DNA of 64,000 nt, taken from assembly GCF_006345805.1 (NCBI RefSeq), contig NC_043001.1, positions 79,422,001 to 79,486,000 on the forward strand. Direction: 5' to 3'. Below, piece by piece: positions 27,761-42,364 of this stretch. The translations under genes were made by a program, and so were the position numbers. How positions within the stretch are numbered: the stretch's first letter is position 1; each line of letters begins with the position of its first letter. Source of the DNA: Octopus sinensis. Lineage: Eukaryota. The notes under the pieces were generated by a model. It was not told the DNA's origin. It was given only the letters and a program-made list of their open reading frames with translations, and searched no databases.

Positions 27761-28800
27761 TATATATATATATATATATGATTGAAGAAATTGGATTGAA
27801 CTAAAAGGTGTACTGTTCGACAGCTATTTTTTAGTCACTAGAGTTGTTTTCTGCTAACGTTGTTCTCCAAAAATACAGGTATTTGATTATGCAACTGTTT
27901 GTTTGCACAGATAATATTCAAAGGTTGTCTCCGATAGTTTAAAATCATCAAACTCAACGACAACCCAACCGTCCGTCAGGGTTTGAATTTTGTAGCAGTT
28001 GGTAGATTCATGTTTTTTTTTGCTGCCAGGGTGTGTTTGTTGGACTACTATATATGTATATACACACACATATATGTGTGTTTGTTGTTGTTGATGTGAT
28101 AAAAATGTATAAAATCTGAAAGAACGTGAAATAATTAGTTATTTCATTTTCTCATTCAGAATATGAAACTGGAAGCACATAGAGCTATAAGTAGCAGCAT
28201 GTATAAACTGGGTTAAAAACACTTTTTATAGGAAGATGTCGAAGGCTGCCCGTAGGATTGAAACCACATTTGTAAACGTGATAACTGCATTGAACGTCGT
28301 AGACAGATGGGAGGGAGGACGGGAAGGAGGAAGAGCAAGAGGGGAGTGAGGAGATGGGTGTCGGGTAGGGGAAGGAAGAAAAAGAGGAGAAGGAGGTTAA
28401 GGAGGGAGTTGAGGAAGGAAAGAGAAAGAAGGGGAATGTAATGCGGAGGGGAGGAAATAACAGACTAGTTAGCTGAAACTGAAAAAGGTTCTCCAGTATA
28501 CAATATTTATAGCAATAAATATCTTTCATTGATCTTAGATGCATTTCTAGTAAGCTGTTTGTCTTCTTTTCTTCTCTGCATTAATCGCTTGGGTATTTGC
28601 AAAGTTAACAATTTATGGCAAACAGTTCCCAGGGATTACAACATTGAAGTGGCTACCGTAATATTAATACACATCTTCCATTATGGAGGATATCAAGAAA
28701 GAGGGTACCCATGCAATAATTATAATTGAAACTTTTATCAAATTACCTAGGATGGAACAGTATACTTCCTAAATTCTCCGCCGAATGACATGTAACGTCT

Positions 28801-28837
28801 TTGTATACATACATACATACATACATACATACATACA

Positions 28838-28873
<36 letters not shown>

Positions 28874-29208
28874 TATATATATGTCTGTGTGACTGAGACA
28901 GGTACATAGATAGATAGATAGAGAGAGAGAGAGAGAAAGAGAAACATAGGTAGACAGGCAGACAAGTAGACGGATAAACATAGATAAAGATAGATCGATA
29001 GATAGGTAGACAGACAAATAGATACACATACAAATAGATGGGTAGATAGATAGATAGATAGACAGACAGAAAAATATATAGACAAACAAATAGATAGATA
29101 GAAAAATAGATGGATCGATCGATCGATAGATATATATAGATAAACAAATAGAGCGCTAGATAGTTAGATAGATAGATAGACAAATAAATAGATAGATAGA
29201 TAGATAGG

Positions 29209-29266
<58 letters not shown>

Positions 29267-29280
29267 TGTATGAGTATGTC
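28801..29280. repeat. Compound (ATAC)n, (TA)n, (GA)n and (ATAG)n microsatellite
   Basis: Directly visible. Confidence 0.95.
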
Positions 29281-30021
29281 CGTATGTATGTATATCCAAG
29301 CTTGCTTAGATTCATATCCAAAAGATACGAATTAAACATGAACATAACTTGAGTCCATTGCTAATTATTAACATGGAAAATGAGTGGTATAAATTTTATC
29401 AAGTTATTTATTAGCTTAAATATTCTCATGTCACCTTCTTCGTGTCTTATAAGCGTTATCCGTTCACAAAATATATTGAAATACATATATATAAATACAA
29501 ATTTCTTCTAATTAAACGCAAATAAACCCGCGCAGATATGCGAGCGCAAACTCAAATATATATGTACACATAAATTTTGTTTCTAATGCATTATAAAATT
29601 TATGACGAAACACTTACACCACTGAATATGTAGTCAATGATGTGAATTACATAAATTTATGCTAATACAAGATTCGGACGCTTGTAAAATACATGAGTGT
29701 GTATTTGAAAGTGTGTTTAACAAGTGTACACCTAGGTATACGTATGGCTAATTTTGATCACATACACACACATATATATATGCATATATATACATATAAG
29801 GATGTTATTGGATATGTGCACATATATGCATGCGGTTGTGTGATACTCCTTGCTAATTGATATTCTATCAAAGCAAGGATTTGTATTTCCTATTAATGGC
29901 GTTCAGTGTGACATCATTCGACTGCATGTGTTTCTATAAGCAGATATTTGAGAGAATCGTTATTGGTGCCTATGGAAAGATGTTATAGATAACCATTAAT
30001 TTTCTATAAGTAAATGGATTT

Positions 30022-30065
<44 letters not shown>

Positions 30066-30230
30066 GTGAGTGATCCAGCGTTGAATGTTTGTATCATTTT
30101 ATGATAATATTGCACATATAACTATATATGTATAAATGTACATTCTTTATGCATACACACACACATACATACACACGCACACACGTATATATATATATAT
30201 ATAGGGAGAGTTATATATATATATATATAT

Positions 30231-30526
30231 CATCGTGATCACCGTGACCGACCGGGCTATCAGATGTTGTTACACATCGCTGGTCACAATGCGCTTCGCA
30301 TTGTTTTAGCCTTCAAATGACGCCACCCCGCTGGCTAAGCGAGCAGGTCAAGAGAAGAAAGAGTGAGAGAAAGTTGTGGCGAAAGAGTTCGCCACCATCC
30401 CCTGCCGGAGCCTCGTGGAACTTTAGGTGTTTTCGCTCAATAAACACTCACAACGCCTGGTCTGGTGATCGAAACCGCGATCCTCCGACCACGAGTCCGC
30501 TGCCCTAACCACTGGGCCATTGCGCC
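30231..30526 (-). mobile_element. Full-length SINE-C
   Basis: tRNA-like head ggcgcaatggcccagtggttagggcagcggactc...gtttcgatc, and tail gcgaagcgcattgtgaccagcgatgtgtaacaacatctgatagccc. Confidence 0.88.
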
Positions 30527-30553
30527 TCTCTCTCTCTTTCTCTCTCTCTCTCT

Positions 30554-30589
<36 letters not shown>

Positions 30590-30606
30590 TTGTATGTATG
30601 TATGTA

Positions 30607-31018
30607 TTTATTCTCTGTTACTTGTTTCAGTTCTGTCATTAGACTACGACAATACTGGAGCACCGCCAGAAAGGATTTTACTCGAAGAAATCGACAACAA
30701 AACTTATTCTTTGTAAGCCTAGTAATCATTCTATCGGTCTCTTTTCCCGATTTGCAGACTTACGGGGACGTAAATACACCAACATCGATTGTCAAGCGAT
30801 GGTGGGGGAAGAAACGCAGAGAAAAACACACACGTAGATACATATTCATATATATACGACGGTCTTCTTTCAGCTTCCGTCTAACAAATCCACTCACAAA
30901 GCTTTGGTCGGCCCAAGGCTATAGCAAAAGACAGTCGACAAAGATTCCACACATTGGGACTGAACCCGGAACTATCTGATTGGGTAGCAAGCTTCTTAGC
31001 ACAAAGCCACGGCTGCGC
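30607..31018 (-). mobile_element. Full-length SINE-A
   Basis: Matches the other A copies from head to tail. Confidence 0.85.
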
Positions 31019-31619
31019 TTCCAATTTTCAGTCGAAATGGATTGGTTCCTTTACGTTTCATTTTAAGCCTGGTACTTCTTCAGTCGGACCATTTTGCCGA
31101 ACCGCTTAGTCAAGGGTCTGTAACTAGACTAACACCGCTTGCCTAGCGGCGGAAGACGGACACAAACACGCAGAAACATGCACACAAGCAAGCACACACA
31201 CACATATGTATATGTATATATATATATATATATATGTGTGTACATATACATATGAGAGGGAAACCACTATGTGGATGCCCTTATGCTAGACGTAGATCCA
31301 CTATGATCTTACCACTAAGAAATGTTCTCAAGAAATAAATTCAGATTCATGTATGTGAATAATCCATATTCTTATTGCTTTTCTTTTGTCTCGCTCGATT
31401 ACGTTTTGGTTATTTGCTGAATTTATTTCTTGAGAACATTTCTTATTTTGTAGGACAATAGCGGATCTACTTCTAGCATAAGGACATCCTCATAATGGTT
31501 TCCCTCTCATATGCATACAATGCAATTTTACTGAACCTTCAGTTTTTTTTATATGCTAGACCACTAGTGTGAAATGATATTAATTAATTAATATCAAATT
31601 TCTCACCCTCATTTTAATT

Positions 31620-31654
31620 TTATACATATATGTTACATATATATAATATATTAG

Positions 31655-31687
<33 letters not shown>

Positions 31688-32150
31688 TTATGGTATATAA
31701 TATATTGTGTATATATATATGATATATATCTATATATATATATATATATACATGTTATATATTAAATATATGTATAATATGTATGTATATATAAGTATTA
31801 TTTGTAAGTATGTATATATATATAATATATAAGTTTGAATATATGCATATATATATATATATATAAATAAAATATGCATATATACATGTAATATATATAT
31901 ATAATAAATATATATATGCATATATACATGTAAATATATATATATATGTGTGTATATATATATGTATATATATGTGTATATATATGTACATATATATGTA
32001 TAATATATATATATATGTATATTGATAATGTATATATTTTTATATATACATATGTATATATATACATATGTATATATGTATATATATATATACATACATG
32101 CATACATAAATACTTATATAAATTCATACTATATATTGAGATATGTCTTC
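31620..32150. repeat. Degenerate (TA)n tract
   Basis: Directly visible. Confidence 0.95.
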
Positions 32151-32421
32151 ATACTCCTTGGCTCCATTAAGTTACTCGGAGTGGTAACAGGGTGTAAATA
32201 TTACCGTTATATAACAACAATATTTTTTACATTCTGTTATATTAATGTGTACTCCTATTCGTGCTTTTAAATGCAAATTTACTTGCACACAAACTCATAT
32301 ACATTGTTATATATACATACATATCTGTGTATGTGTGTGTGTGTATGCATAAATGTATGCATGTATATGTGTAGATATACATATACATACGCACGCACTC
32401 GCACTCAAACACACGCCTGAG

Positions 32422-32462
<41 letters not shown>

Positions 32463-33509
32463 GCACATGTAGGTGTATATTTACATGCTGGCTTTTATGT
32501 ACGTATGTCTGCATATACTTCTAAATATGTGATGTAATTGATAAGCCATTATCGTTACGTAAGTATATGTGCCAGCTATTTTACTTTTGTATATGTATGC
32601 GTATGTGTATGTGCTTGTATGATTCCACATGTATGTCTACGTGCTTTTAACGTACATGTGCTTCTTTTAGAAACCATGTAAGATGAAAGAATGGAAAATA
32701 TTTCTAATAGCCAATACCCCTATCAGTCAGATGATACCTATTTCTCATCTCGTGTTCTTAATCAAAATATTTTAAAGCTTATATCATGGAAACGGCTTCT
32801 AAGAGAAAAAAGAAGGAACAATCCATTAATTCTATCCCATCGTGCGCGTCACTTTCTTTTTTTATAATGATCTGTCGATATATTGTACATGTTACAATAA
32901 AATATGGAATAAAATATAGAAAACACAGAATATTATGTAAGTTACAATAAAATATATAAGTTCCAGCTTTCAGTATCTATTCTCTTGTATTCTACCATAT
33001 TTTTACCATATTTCTGCTTCTTTGAAGCAGAGTATTATGTCGTATTACATACTTAGGCGTTATAAAGCTACAAATGTTTTGTTTAAGGTTATCTAGCGTG
33101 TCACAAGTTGTGACACTTTATAGGTTTGTATCTATGTTGATTGTGTCTGTCGAAAAATATCTCTTTGTGTTAGAGAAAAGCTTTTTCCTTATGTCATAAA
33201 AATGATAGTTTCTGGAGCTGTATACGCTGCAAATGTAAACGGAGAGCTATATACACCTACAAACAGCACTGTGCATTATCTGCATTTATATATACAAAAC
33301 ACTCACACACACACACAACACTTTGGCATGCGCGCGCGCACACATATATCATGGATATTGGGAAGTTCAATACCTCTCAGTGAGTAGTGGGTTCATCCTG
33401 GGTCAACGAGTTTCAGCTTCAGACTCTTCTGAAGTATCATATAGGCATGCTGTGTATGAATATACGAATATGCACACACACACACACACACACGTATATA
33501 TTTAACATT

Positions 33510-33544
<35 letters not shown>

Positions 33545-33683
33545 TATATATATATTATATATATATATGTATATGTATATATATATGTATATATGCATCC
33601 ACACATACACACAATATAACATACATATATGTATGTATACATCTACATGTGTATATATGTGTGTGTATGTATACATATATTAT

Positions 33684-34091
33684 TTTTCTTTTACTTGTTT
33701 CGGTCATTTGATTGCGGCCATGCTGGAGTACCGCCTTTAGTCGAGCAAATCGACCCTAGGACTTATTTTTAGGAAGCCTAATACATATTCTATCGTCTCT
33801 TTGACGAAGCGCTAAGTTACGGGGGCGTAAACACACCACCATCGGTTGTGAAGCGATGTTGGGGGGAAAAACACAGACACACAAACATATATACGCATAC
33901 ATAAATATATATATATATACATATATATACGACGGGCTTCTATCAGTTTCCGCTTACCAAATTCACTCACAAGACTTTGGTGGGCCCGAGGCTATAGTGG
34001 AAGACACTTGCCCAAGTTTCCACGCAGTGGGACTGAACCCGGAACCATGTGGTTGGTAAGCAAGCTACTTACTACACAGCCACTCCTGCAC
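33684..34091 (-). mobile_element. Full-length, well-preserved SINE-A
   Basis: A-box-like tggctgtgtagt, B-box-like ggttcagtccc, internal TA repeat, and the ggcggtactccagcatggccgc...aaacaagtaaaag tail. Confidence 0.9.
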
Positions 34092-35371
34092 CTATGTATA
34101 TAGAGACAAAGAAAAATCCGTCAGGAAGTAAACGATGTTGTAAAAACTCAACCTATTTATTCCTGGGTTGTAAGTAAGTGTTATTTTCGTATTTCTGATG
34201 CCTAGAATCTGCAAGAAATTGTAATTAACTTCTATAAATTTTATTTTTATGTCAAAACTAAGATTATTTCATTATTTAACATTTCCAGAATATTCCAAAG
34301 GAATGTTATACTGAACTATTCATAGACAATTCGGTTTGTTTTTTTGAGTTTCATTAGAATTTTCAAATGATATAACATCTACTTCAAATACAGGGACATT
34401 AATTTTGTTTAATTTCAGAATCATTAGTTTGGTTTAATTTCAGTTACCTAAACACTTAGACGTATATGTAGTTATTAGAGATGTTTTCAGTATCTGAGGT
34501 CATCTGCTAGATGTACTTTACCACATCAATGGCGAATTTAAGAAGATAAGAGTAAAAACGTTCAACAAGGGATATTTCGACTTGAATGTCGGGATTCAAG
34601 ACAGACCACATCAAACCGGAATGATGCTGACGATTTGGAACATCTGGTTGGACATTCAGATTGTTTTGGCAACAGTATTCTCTGAGGCTGGAAAAAATCA
34701 CAGACGCGCACACACATAAACACGCAAAGCATACACACACGCATGCAAAAGCATACCAACGTGCGTAGTAGCTCACGCGCAGGTATATACGCATGCATAC
34801 AGAACGAGTGAGAGAGAGAAAGATATATATATAGAGAGAGAGAGATTATAATTTATCAATTGAACGCGATTGATATAAATACTCAATCAAATTATACTCA
34901 CACAAACAGAGAGAGAAACAGAGCGAGATAAGGTGGATTAGAGAGGAGGGAGAGAACCAGAGAACTATTGAAACATCAAATAAATCCGCGTCGAATCAGC
35001 AATGTCATATCGGCAGGGCTGAAGTAGTTGTGCCAAAACACCTGTGCCGAAATATTCTACAGAATAAAAATGGACGAGACATATCAATAATACAATAAAC
35101 AACAGAACATGCTGTCCTGCAGAACAAAATAGATGTAGCGTATAAACAAAACGGTAAATAGGCGGTATGTGTGGTAAGAAGTTAGTTTTACAGCCACATG
35201 GTTCTAATTACAGTCCCACTGCGAGGTACCTTGGGCAACTGTCTTCTACTATAGACGCGTGCCGAACAAAGACTTGAGGGCTGATTTGAAAAACGAAAAC
35301 TGAAAAGAATATCTTCATATATATGTATACACATATACGTATATGCGTATGTATACATATATATGCATATA

Positions 35372-35416
<45 letters not shown>

Positions 35417-35983
35417 GGGGTGAGTACTTGATAATTATAAGCACCTGTGTATACCGTTTGGTGGTGTAGGTGGTGGAGTAAATTGATCAAAATAAAATAA
35501 AAACATGATGCGAAGGACTCAGCGGTACATATGTTTCGGGCCTTTATTAGACAGATTTATAACAATGCATAATGTATGTCTGTGGCCTTCTTCAGCCGCG
35601 CACAACAGCTTCCACAAGGACATGTGTTACATAAAAATTCTTGGTTGGGGATGCAAATCCTCTCATTCGCGTACGACATAATGCGGCAGCAGCATAGAAT
35701 TGAAGCGTCCATCTCTTTCTTCTCTCAATGTAGAATGAGGAAAATTGGATGTGAAGTAATGTAATAAATAAATACATATATAGACGTGAAGATGGAGGGC
35801 GAGAATTCAGGACGAGGGATAAAAAATGTATAAAAAGTGTAAGTATAGAAAAATATAAAAATGTAGAGCATAAAGATATAAAGAGATATAAGGAGATGTA
35901 AAGGGGGTATAAAGAATATAAAGAAATATAAAGAAATATAAATAAATGTAAAGGCATCACACATATATATATATATATGTATA

Positions 35984-36015
<32 letters not shown>

Positions 36016-36084
36016 AACACACACACATATATATATATATGTATATGTGTGTGTGTATATATACATATATATATATATATGATT

Positions 36085-36146
<62 letters not shown>

Positions 36147-36251
36147 ATCATTGTTTAACGTCGCTTTCCATGCAAGTATAGGTTGGACGATTTGACCTGC
36201 GAACCAGATGACTGTACCAGGCTCCAATCTGATCTGGCATAGTTTCTACAG

Positions 36252-37028
36252 TCTGCCAAGGCTAGACTCTTCAGTAAGCAGCCTTTGTTATCCTAGAAGT
36301 ACATATCGTTAGAAGCATGTGCGGTTCTACCGACTTGCATTCTCTAACTTTTCAGACCATTGCGCAGACGCAAAACATACCCGGCGAACAGAGAGGATTC
36401 CGGTATAAGGTCTACGATCAAATTTATCGAGTAATATGTAAACATAGTAAAAAGGGTAATAAAATAAATTATTACTACCGGTGATCTAGCACAAAAGATA
36501 AATTAGACATTAGGCTATATGTTATTCATATATAAGTACATTAAAAGGCCTCTAAAAGAAGAAGCAAGTACTAGATACACAAAAAGGGGATAAATTCAAT
36601 GAAATGAAAATCAAAAACGTTTACAAACTCGGCTCATCTTATTCTGCAGTTTCGTCTTTTTTAGCAGAAAAATATAATTTATCTGCCAAGGCTAGACTGT
36701 TCAGTAAGCAGCCTTTGTTATCCTAGAAGTACATATCGGTAGAAGCATGTGCGGTTCTACCGACTTGCATTCTCTAACTTTTCAGACCATTGCGCAGACG
36801 CAAAACATACCCGGCGAACAGAGAGGATTCTGGTATAAGGTCTACGATCAAATTTATCGAGTAATATGTATATTACTCGATAAATTTTTGTGTATCTAGT
36901 ACTTGCTTCTTCTTTTAGAGGCCTTTCAATGTACTTATATATGAATAACATATAGCCTAATGGCTAATTTGTCTTTTGCGCTAGATCACCGGTAATAATA
37001 ATTTATTCTATTACCCTTTTTACTATGT
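36252..37028. repeat. Direct duplication plus inverted duplication with a foldback junction
   Basis: Segment A 36252-36440 = 36682-36870 (near identical). Segment B 36442-36585 is inverted at 36885-37028. Perfect 18-bp-arm palindrome at 36850-36887. Confidence 0.92.
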
Positions 37029-37041
37029 ATATATATATATA

Positions 37042-38649
37042 CAGTTGCGGCCAAAATGTTCAGAATGGCATGGTTTTCGCCACAAAAGTAGATATAAGTT
37101 TTTATCAAAGTTGTTTTATGTTCTAAAAGTTTCACAATATCAATTGTTATTGTCTGAGATTTTGGTGTAATTTGAGAGGATAATACAAAAGTTATGGATG
37201 ATTTAGTGATTTACTGCAAAACCCATGGCGGCCAAAATGGCGGTTGAAAAAATAAAATAATCAAAAATGACAGAGAATACTGGAATTATTTAATATTTAA
37301 TGTGAAGCCCTTTAGCTTCAATCACACTTTGATATCTTCGACTGCATGAGGAAATTAAATTTTCAATTTCATGCTAGGTGATCTTATTCCATTCTTCCTG
37401 AAGGGCATTCCATAATTGCTCGGTTGTTTTAGGATTTCTGGCTTTCGAACGTTCTTCTAGAATATTCCACACATTTTCAATAGGATTGAGATATTGGGTT
37501 TGAGCAGGCCAATCCATAATAATAACCTTTTTAGCCTTGAGGAAGTTCATGACCACCTTAGCCTTGTGACATGGGGCATTGTCCTGCATGAATATGGGTG
37601 ATCACTTAGTTGAATTTCTCAGCACGGGCAAGACATGATCTTTTACAAGTTGTTTATAAACTCCTGCATTTACCTTTCCGTGTAATCGCACCAAAGAGCC
37701 CACACCATCTCCAGATATCATCCCCCAAACCATGACACTTCCTCCACCGAATTTAACACTAGGCTTAAGGCATTTAGGCGACAATTTTTCACCTACTTTT
37801 CAACGAACGTACCTTTTCCCATCTGAGCCAAATAACATAAACTTAGATTCATCACTGAAATGCACCGTTTGCCATTTTTCTTGAGACCACAACACATGTT
37901 TGGTTGCAAAGGTAAGACGACACTTTTTATTTTTGGAGCTGATCAGTGGCTTCACTGCAGGTGATCTTGCTTGTAGGCTATGCTCAACTAAACGAAGAGA
38001 CACAGTTTTTCGAGATAATGTTTTCTTCAGTACAATGCTCATTTCCCGAATAACAGCAGCAGCAGTTTTAAATCTGTTCTTTTTAACCAACTTTATCATA
38101 GCACGATCTTCTCTCTTGGTCGTTTTTTTTTGGCCTACCTGTAGACGTTCTTGCTTCACATGAACCACAATCATCGAAGACCTTAAGAATACCATGAACA
38201 ACACTTTTTGACTTGTTAACAATCTTTGCAATAGACCCAATACTTAAATTATCCTTCTTTCGAAGCTTAATAGTCTGCTAACGAATTGGTAACGGAGTAA
38301 GTGGCATTATATTAACAAAGTACACTGCAGATATTCTTACTAATGTTTAGTAAACGAACCATCACGTAAACAAATTCAAAACATTAGAGTTCACCGGTTA
38401 AATATACTACAATATGGAGTAAAAGCAACCGTTCTGATTATTTTGGCCGCCATGGGTTTTGCAGTTAATCACTAAATCATCCATAACTTTTGTATTATCC
38501 TCTCAAATTACACCAAAATCTCAGACAATAACTATTAATATTGTATTTATTGTCTGTGAAAATTATAGAATATAAAACAACTTTGATAAAAACTTATACC
38601 TACTTTTCTGGCGAAAACAATGCCGTTCTGAACTTTTTGGCCGCAACTG
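37042..38649 (-). mobile_element. Tc1-family DNA transposon, full length (1608 bp), long terminal inverted repeats, TA target
   Basis: Ends TA|cagttgcggccaaaa and tttttggccgcaactg|TA. Terminal inverted repeats 37042-37238 and 38440-38649. Inserted in a TA run. Confidence 0.96.
37290..38307 (-). pseudogene. Tc1 DD34E transposase, inactivated
   Basis: MPLTPLPIR*...STGRPKK(+1 frameshift)TTKREDR...FSDESKF...KFGGGSVMVWG...QDNAPCH...LNPIENVW...GLHIKY*. There are 34 residues between the second D and the E, four in-frame stops and one frameshift. Confidence 0.95.
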
Positions 38650-39090
38650 TATATATATATATATATGTAAACACACACAAAGGAATTTGAAAATGCATTA
38701 AGATTCGTTAAGAGCCTTTTATTTTCAAAATTTTTAAAGGCTTAACCGGTTTCATTAATTTCTCTAATTTTGAAAAATTGAGATAGAAAGACGTGAAGCT
38801 AAGCTTCAGCTACCTTGCTTCTGATTGTAATTCAAAAATCCCTCCTTCTTATTTTTGCAGTGTCCAGAATGGTAGTAGTCTAATAATTGAAAAAAGTAAT
38901 TGATAAACTATAAATTACTTTGAGGCAATACCTGAGGAAGAATGAAGTGCACCTGGTTGAGCTATAGAAATTCGCATGAAACGGTGAATAACAATGGGGA
39001 CGACCATGAAGATACTACTTGTACTACTACTACTAAAAATAATAACAACAATATTAATAATTAATAATAATAATGACAATAATAATAATA

Positions 39091-39152
<62 letters not shown>

Positions 39153-39651
39153 GATATAATAATAATAAGTTATTTCCTAATACGACTAAATAAGCATTTC
39201 TTTCCCCAGTCATGCCAGAAGCAAGGAAAACAACGTTTTTCGATTCTGAGAAAGTTTTAATATTGGTTAATATAGAGACACAATGGCGATCAATCTAAAA
39301 GTGTTTTAGTAGTCTCGAAACTTTCAAAAACTCAATCAATTTGAACATCATCAATAAAATCAGAAATATCAACAACGACCACGACGTTGAGTGGAGCAGC
39401 GAGCAACATCATTAGAATAATTAGCACCTAGGCAACAGTCAAAACCAGACATCTTCATCAAAGAAATAGCTTGCGGTAGTATTGCAATATCATTAATACA
39501 TAATTTTAACCAACAGATCTACTTATGTAAACACCTGTACTTTTGCATACAGACATACAAACTTAGATAAACACGTATATAAACTTACATTAATAGATTG
39601 ATACTTAACTGCTTAGATATACATACAAGTATAGCATACATTACACATATA

Positions 39652-40119
39652 GGTGCAGGCATGGCTATGCGGTTATAAACTTCGCTTTCGAACGTCATCA
39701 TTTCGCGTTGAATCTCATTTGCGTGGCACCTTGTGCAAATGTCTTCTAATGTAACCCCGGGTAGACTGTTGCCTCTCGAGTCAATATGGCAGACACAAAC
39801 TAAAATCTGTCGTATATATGTAGTGGAGACGCATTGGCCCAGTGGTTAAGGCACCTAACTCTCGATCGTAGGATCGCGGTTTCGAATCCCAGACTAAGTG
39901 TTGTGAGTGTTTATTGAGCGAAAACACCTAAAGCTCCACGAGGCTCCAGCGGGGGGGGGGGATCCCTGCTGTACTCTTTCGCCACAACTTTCTCTCACTC
40001 TTTCTTTTGTTGGCCTGATCGCTTAACCAGCGGGCTTGGCGTCATTTGAAGGCTAAAACAATACGAAGCGCATTGTGACCAGCAATGTGTAGCAACATGT
40101 TAAAGTCTGGTCGTTCACG

Positions 40120-40184
<65 letters not shown>

Positions 40185-40447
40185 GCGTGTGTGTGTGTGT
40201 ATGCGTGAATGTGTGCTTATTTGTGTATGCGTGGGTATTTGCGTGAGTGTGTGTCTTTGTATCTGTTTGTCCCCACCCTAGCGCCTGACAACCGGTATTA
40301 ATTTGTTTACGTTCCCCGCCATATAGCAGTTCGGTAAATGTAAACACTTATGAATATTACAAAATGTTTTTGACGGACTAGAACACTTCAAGCCGGTGCG
40401 TCAAGATGGCCGCAGTCCAATCACTGAAACAAGTAAAAGATAAAAAA
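39652..40447 (+). mobile_element. SINE-A interrupted by a SINE-C (39826-40123)
   Basis: A 5' half at 39652-39820, a full C copy, then the A 3' half at 40245-40447. The C copy sits in the internal TA microsatellite of A. Confidence 0.85.
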
Positions 40448-40656
40448 TAAAACTGCTCACATAAGTACGTGTAATTATATATATGCATGATGGCCTACAA
40501 CTCACCTTCGCCTTTAGTAACCCCTTTCTTTTATTTTACAGAATTTTACAGAAAAAGGAAATCAAGACAAGTCAACGATTCCTTCATCCAACCCTCAACA
40601 GCATTACCTACTGGATAGGACTTTGAAGACGGTATTCCGATTTTCACAACATACAG

Positions 40657-40694
40657 TCACATGTCCGTCTGAATTTCGATAGTCCCATCCTTAC
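40657..40694 (-). CDS. Candidate terminal host exon (G-KDGTIEIQTDM*)
   Basis: Branch-like cttaat plus acceptor cctattttcttttcaatctcaag, TGA at 40657-40659, and AATAAA at 40530-40535. It is phase compatible with 44064-44126. Confidence 0.3.
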
Positions 40695-42325
40695 CTTGAG
40701 ATTGAAAAGAAAATAGGCACGTATTAAGCAGTAACTGAAAATCTATAGATTAGCAGCGCGGTCGTGTCATTATTTGTTTAACTGGTAATGACATTAACAA
40801 TATTAATTGCATTATGATAAACTGCATTCCAAGTGAAACTAAAAAATTTTTAAGTGCTGACAAAGCTCTATATAGTGGCTATGCACACGTCTGCTTAACT
40901 CAATTTTTATTCAAAATTAAATTTCGGTGAATTTCCTCTGGACAGATGATATCTAAAAGACGTGCAGATACTATCTCTTTGTCTTCAGTATCTTGGCCGT
41001 AAGCTCTTGACTTAGTTGTGAGAACATATTTTATGCACTCCATGTAGCAGTTATCGACAGTGGTCTGCAAACACCAGTTTCTAGGGCCTGCATCAGAAGC
41101 TGTGTGAATTTCTCCCCCCCCCCCCTTATTTGTCCTCTTTCCTCCTCCTTTGCTTTTCGAAATCTTCTAGAGGGAATGTCTGCCTTTGGTAAATAGTAGT
41201 AAAGCAGAACAAAATGGTATTTGCCGTTTGCCTGCTCCACTAGTTAGATGGTTATATTTTGCCCTTACACTGGAGGGTAACTCTGGAATTGCTTTCTAGA
41301 ATTAACAGGTCAACACTTGCATATCTAATCATATTCTGTTGAACTACATGTTGCTTTGTGTCAACTCGGTCCTTAAGCTCTATTATTACTGAACTGTAAA
41401 GTGACTTTGAACCACGATTGAGCATCATTACCGATGTCGCTGGTCGTCACCTTTGTCCTTCGTATTCTCTTATACTGGAACACCCGTTCATCTCAATATT
41501 AAAGACCAGCCGTCTAGTTCTATGCTACACCAAACAAATGTTGAAACACCCTTCGTGTTATGTACTGACCAGAGATTCTCACAACTATTTCTATCTGTGT
41601 ACACCACCACCATTTCAAAAATTGAATTATGATAGAGTATAACTATCCCGCGTTTGACGTATTCCATATATTGGTTTCAAATTTTAGCACAAAACCAGCA
41701 CATTTGTGGTAGAAGGTAAGTCGATTACATCGCCCCCCGTGTTCAACTAGTAGTTATTTCATCGAAACTGAAATGGAGAAAAGGCAAAGTCGACCTCAGT
41801 GTTTTAACGATTTTGCCTGCTCACCGCCTCAACATATTCCATATATTATACCTTTATAATTATTCCATGATCTCTTGTTTCCTAGATACGTCCTATATCG
41901 ATTGATGATAGCAACGCTGTTGCGTTTACTATTAAGGTTAATTTAAAATTCCGTTATTTGTATTTGTTACACGATAATTTCTTTTGATTTTGGTATCTCT
42001 GTGTTTTCTCTTTTCTATTTTCGAATTAATAGTCAATTTTATAGCTTTTAAATTTTGCGTGACATGTATATTGTGGCTCTAAACTGTGCACAGGTTTACG
42101 TCCAATCATCTCTATCTATTTCCTAAACACAACTTCAAAATATTTAAAGAAAAATAGACACACGATGCAGGCGTGGCTGTATGGTGAGAATCTTGCTTCC
42201 CAACCGCATGGTTGCGGGTTCAGTCCCACTGGATGGCACCTAGGGCAAGTGTCTTCTACAAGAGCCTCGGGTCGACCAAAATGTCTTGAGTGGATTTGGT
42301 AGACACTAGCTTAAAGATTCCCGTC

Positions 42326-42364
<39 letters not shown>

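Noticed and set aside
30480-30526. tRNA-like sequences in SINE heads as tRNA genes
   Set aside because: A/B boxes only; they continue into SINE bodies with no acceptor stem closure.
40580-40700. Plus-frame YWIGL (C-type lectin-like) and RRYSDF (PX-domain-like) motifs
   Set aside because: They are separated by an in-frame TGA, have no suitable splice site and lack the rest of either domain; likely chance.
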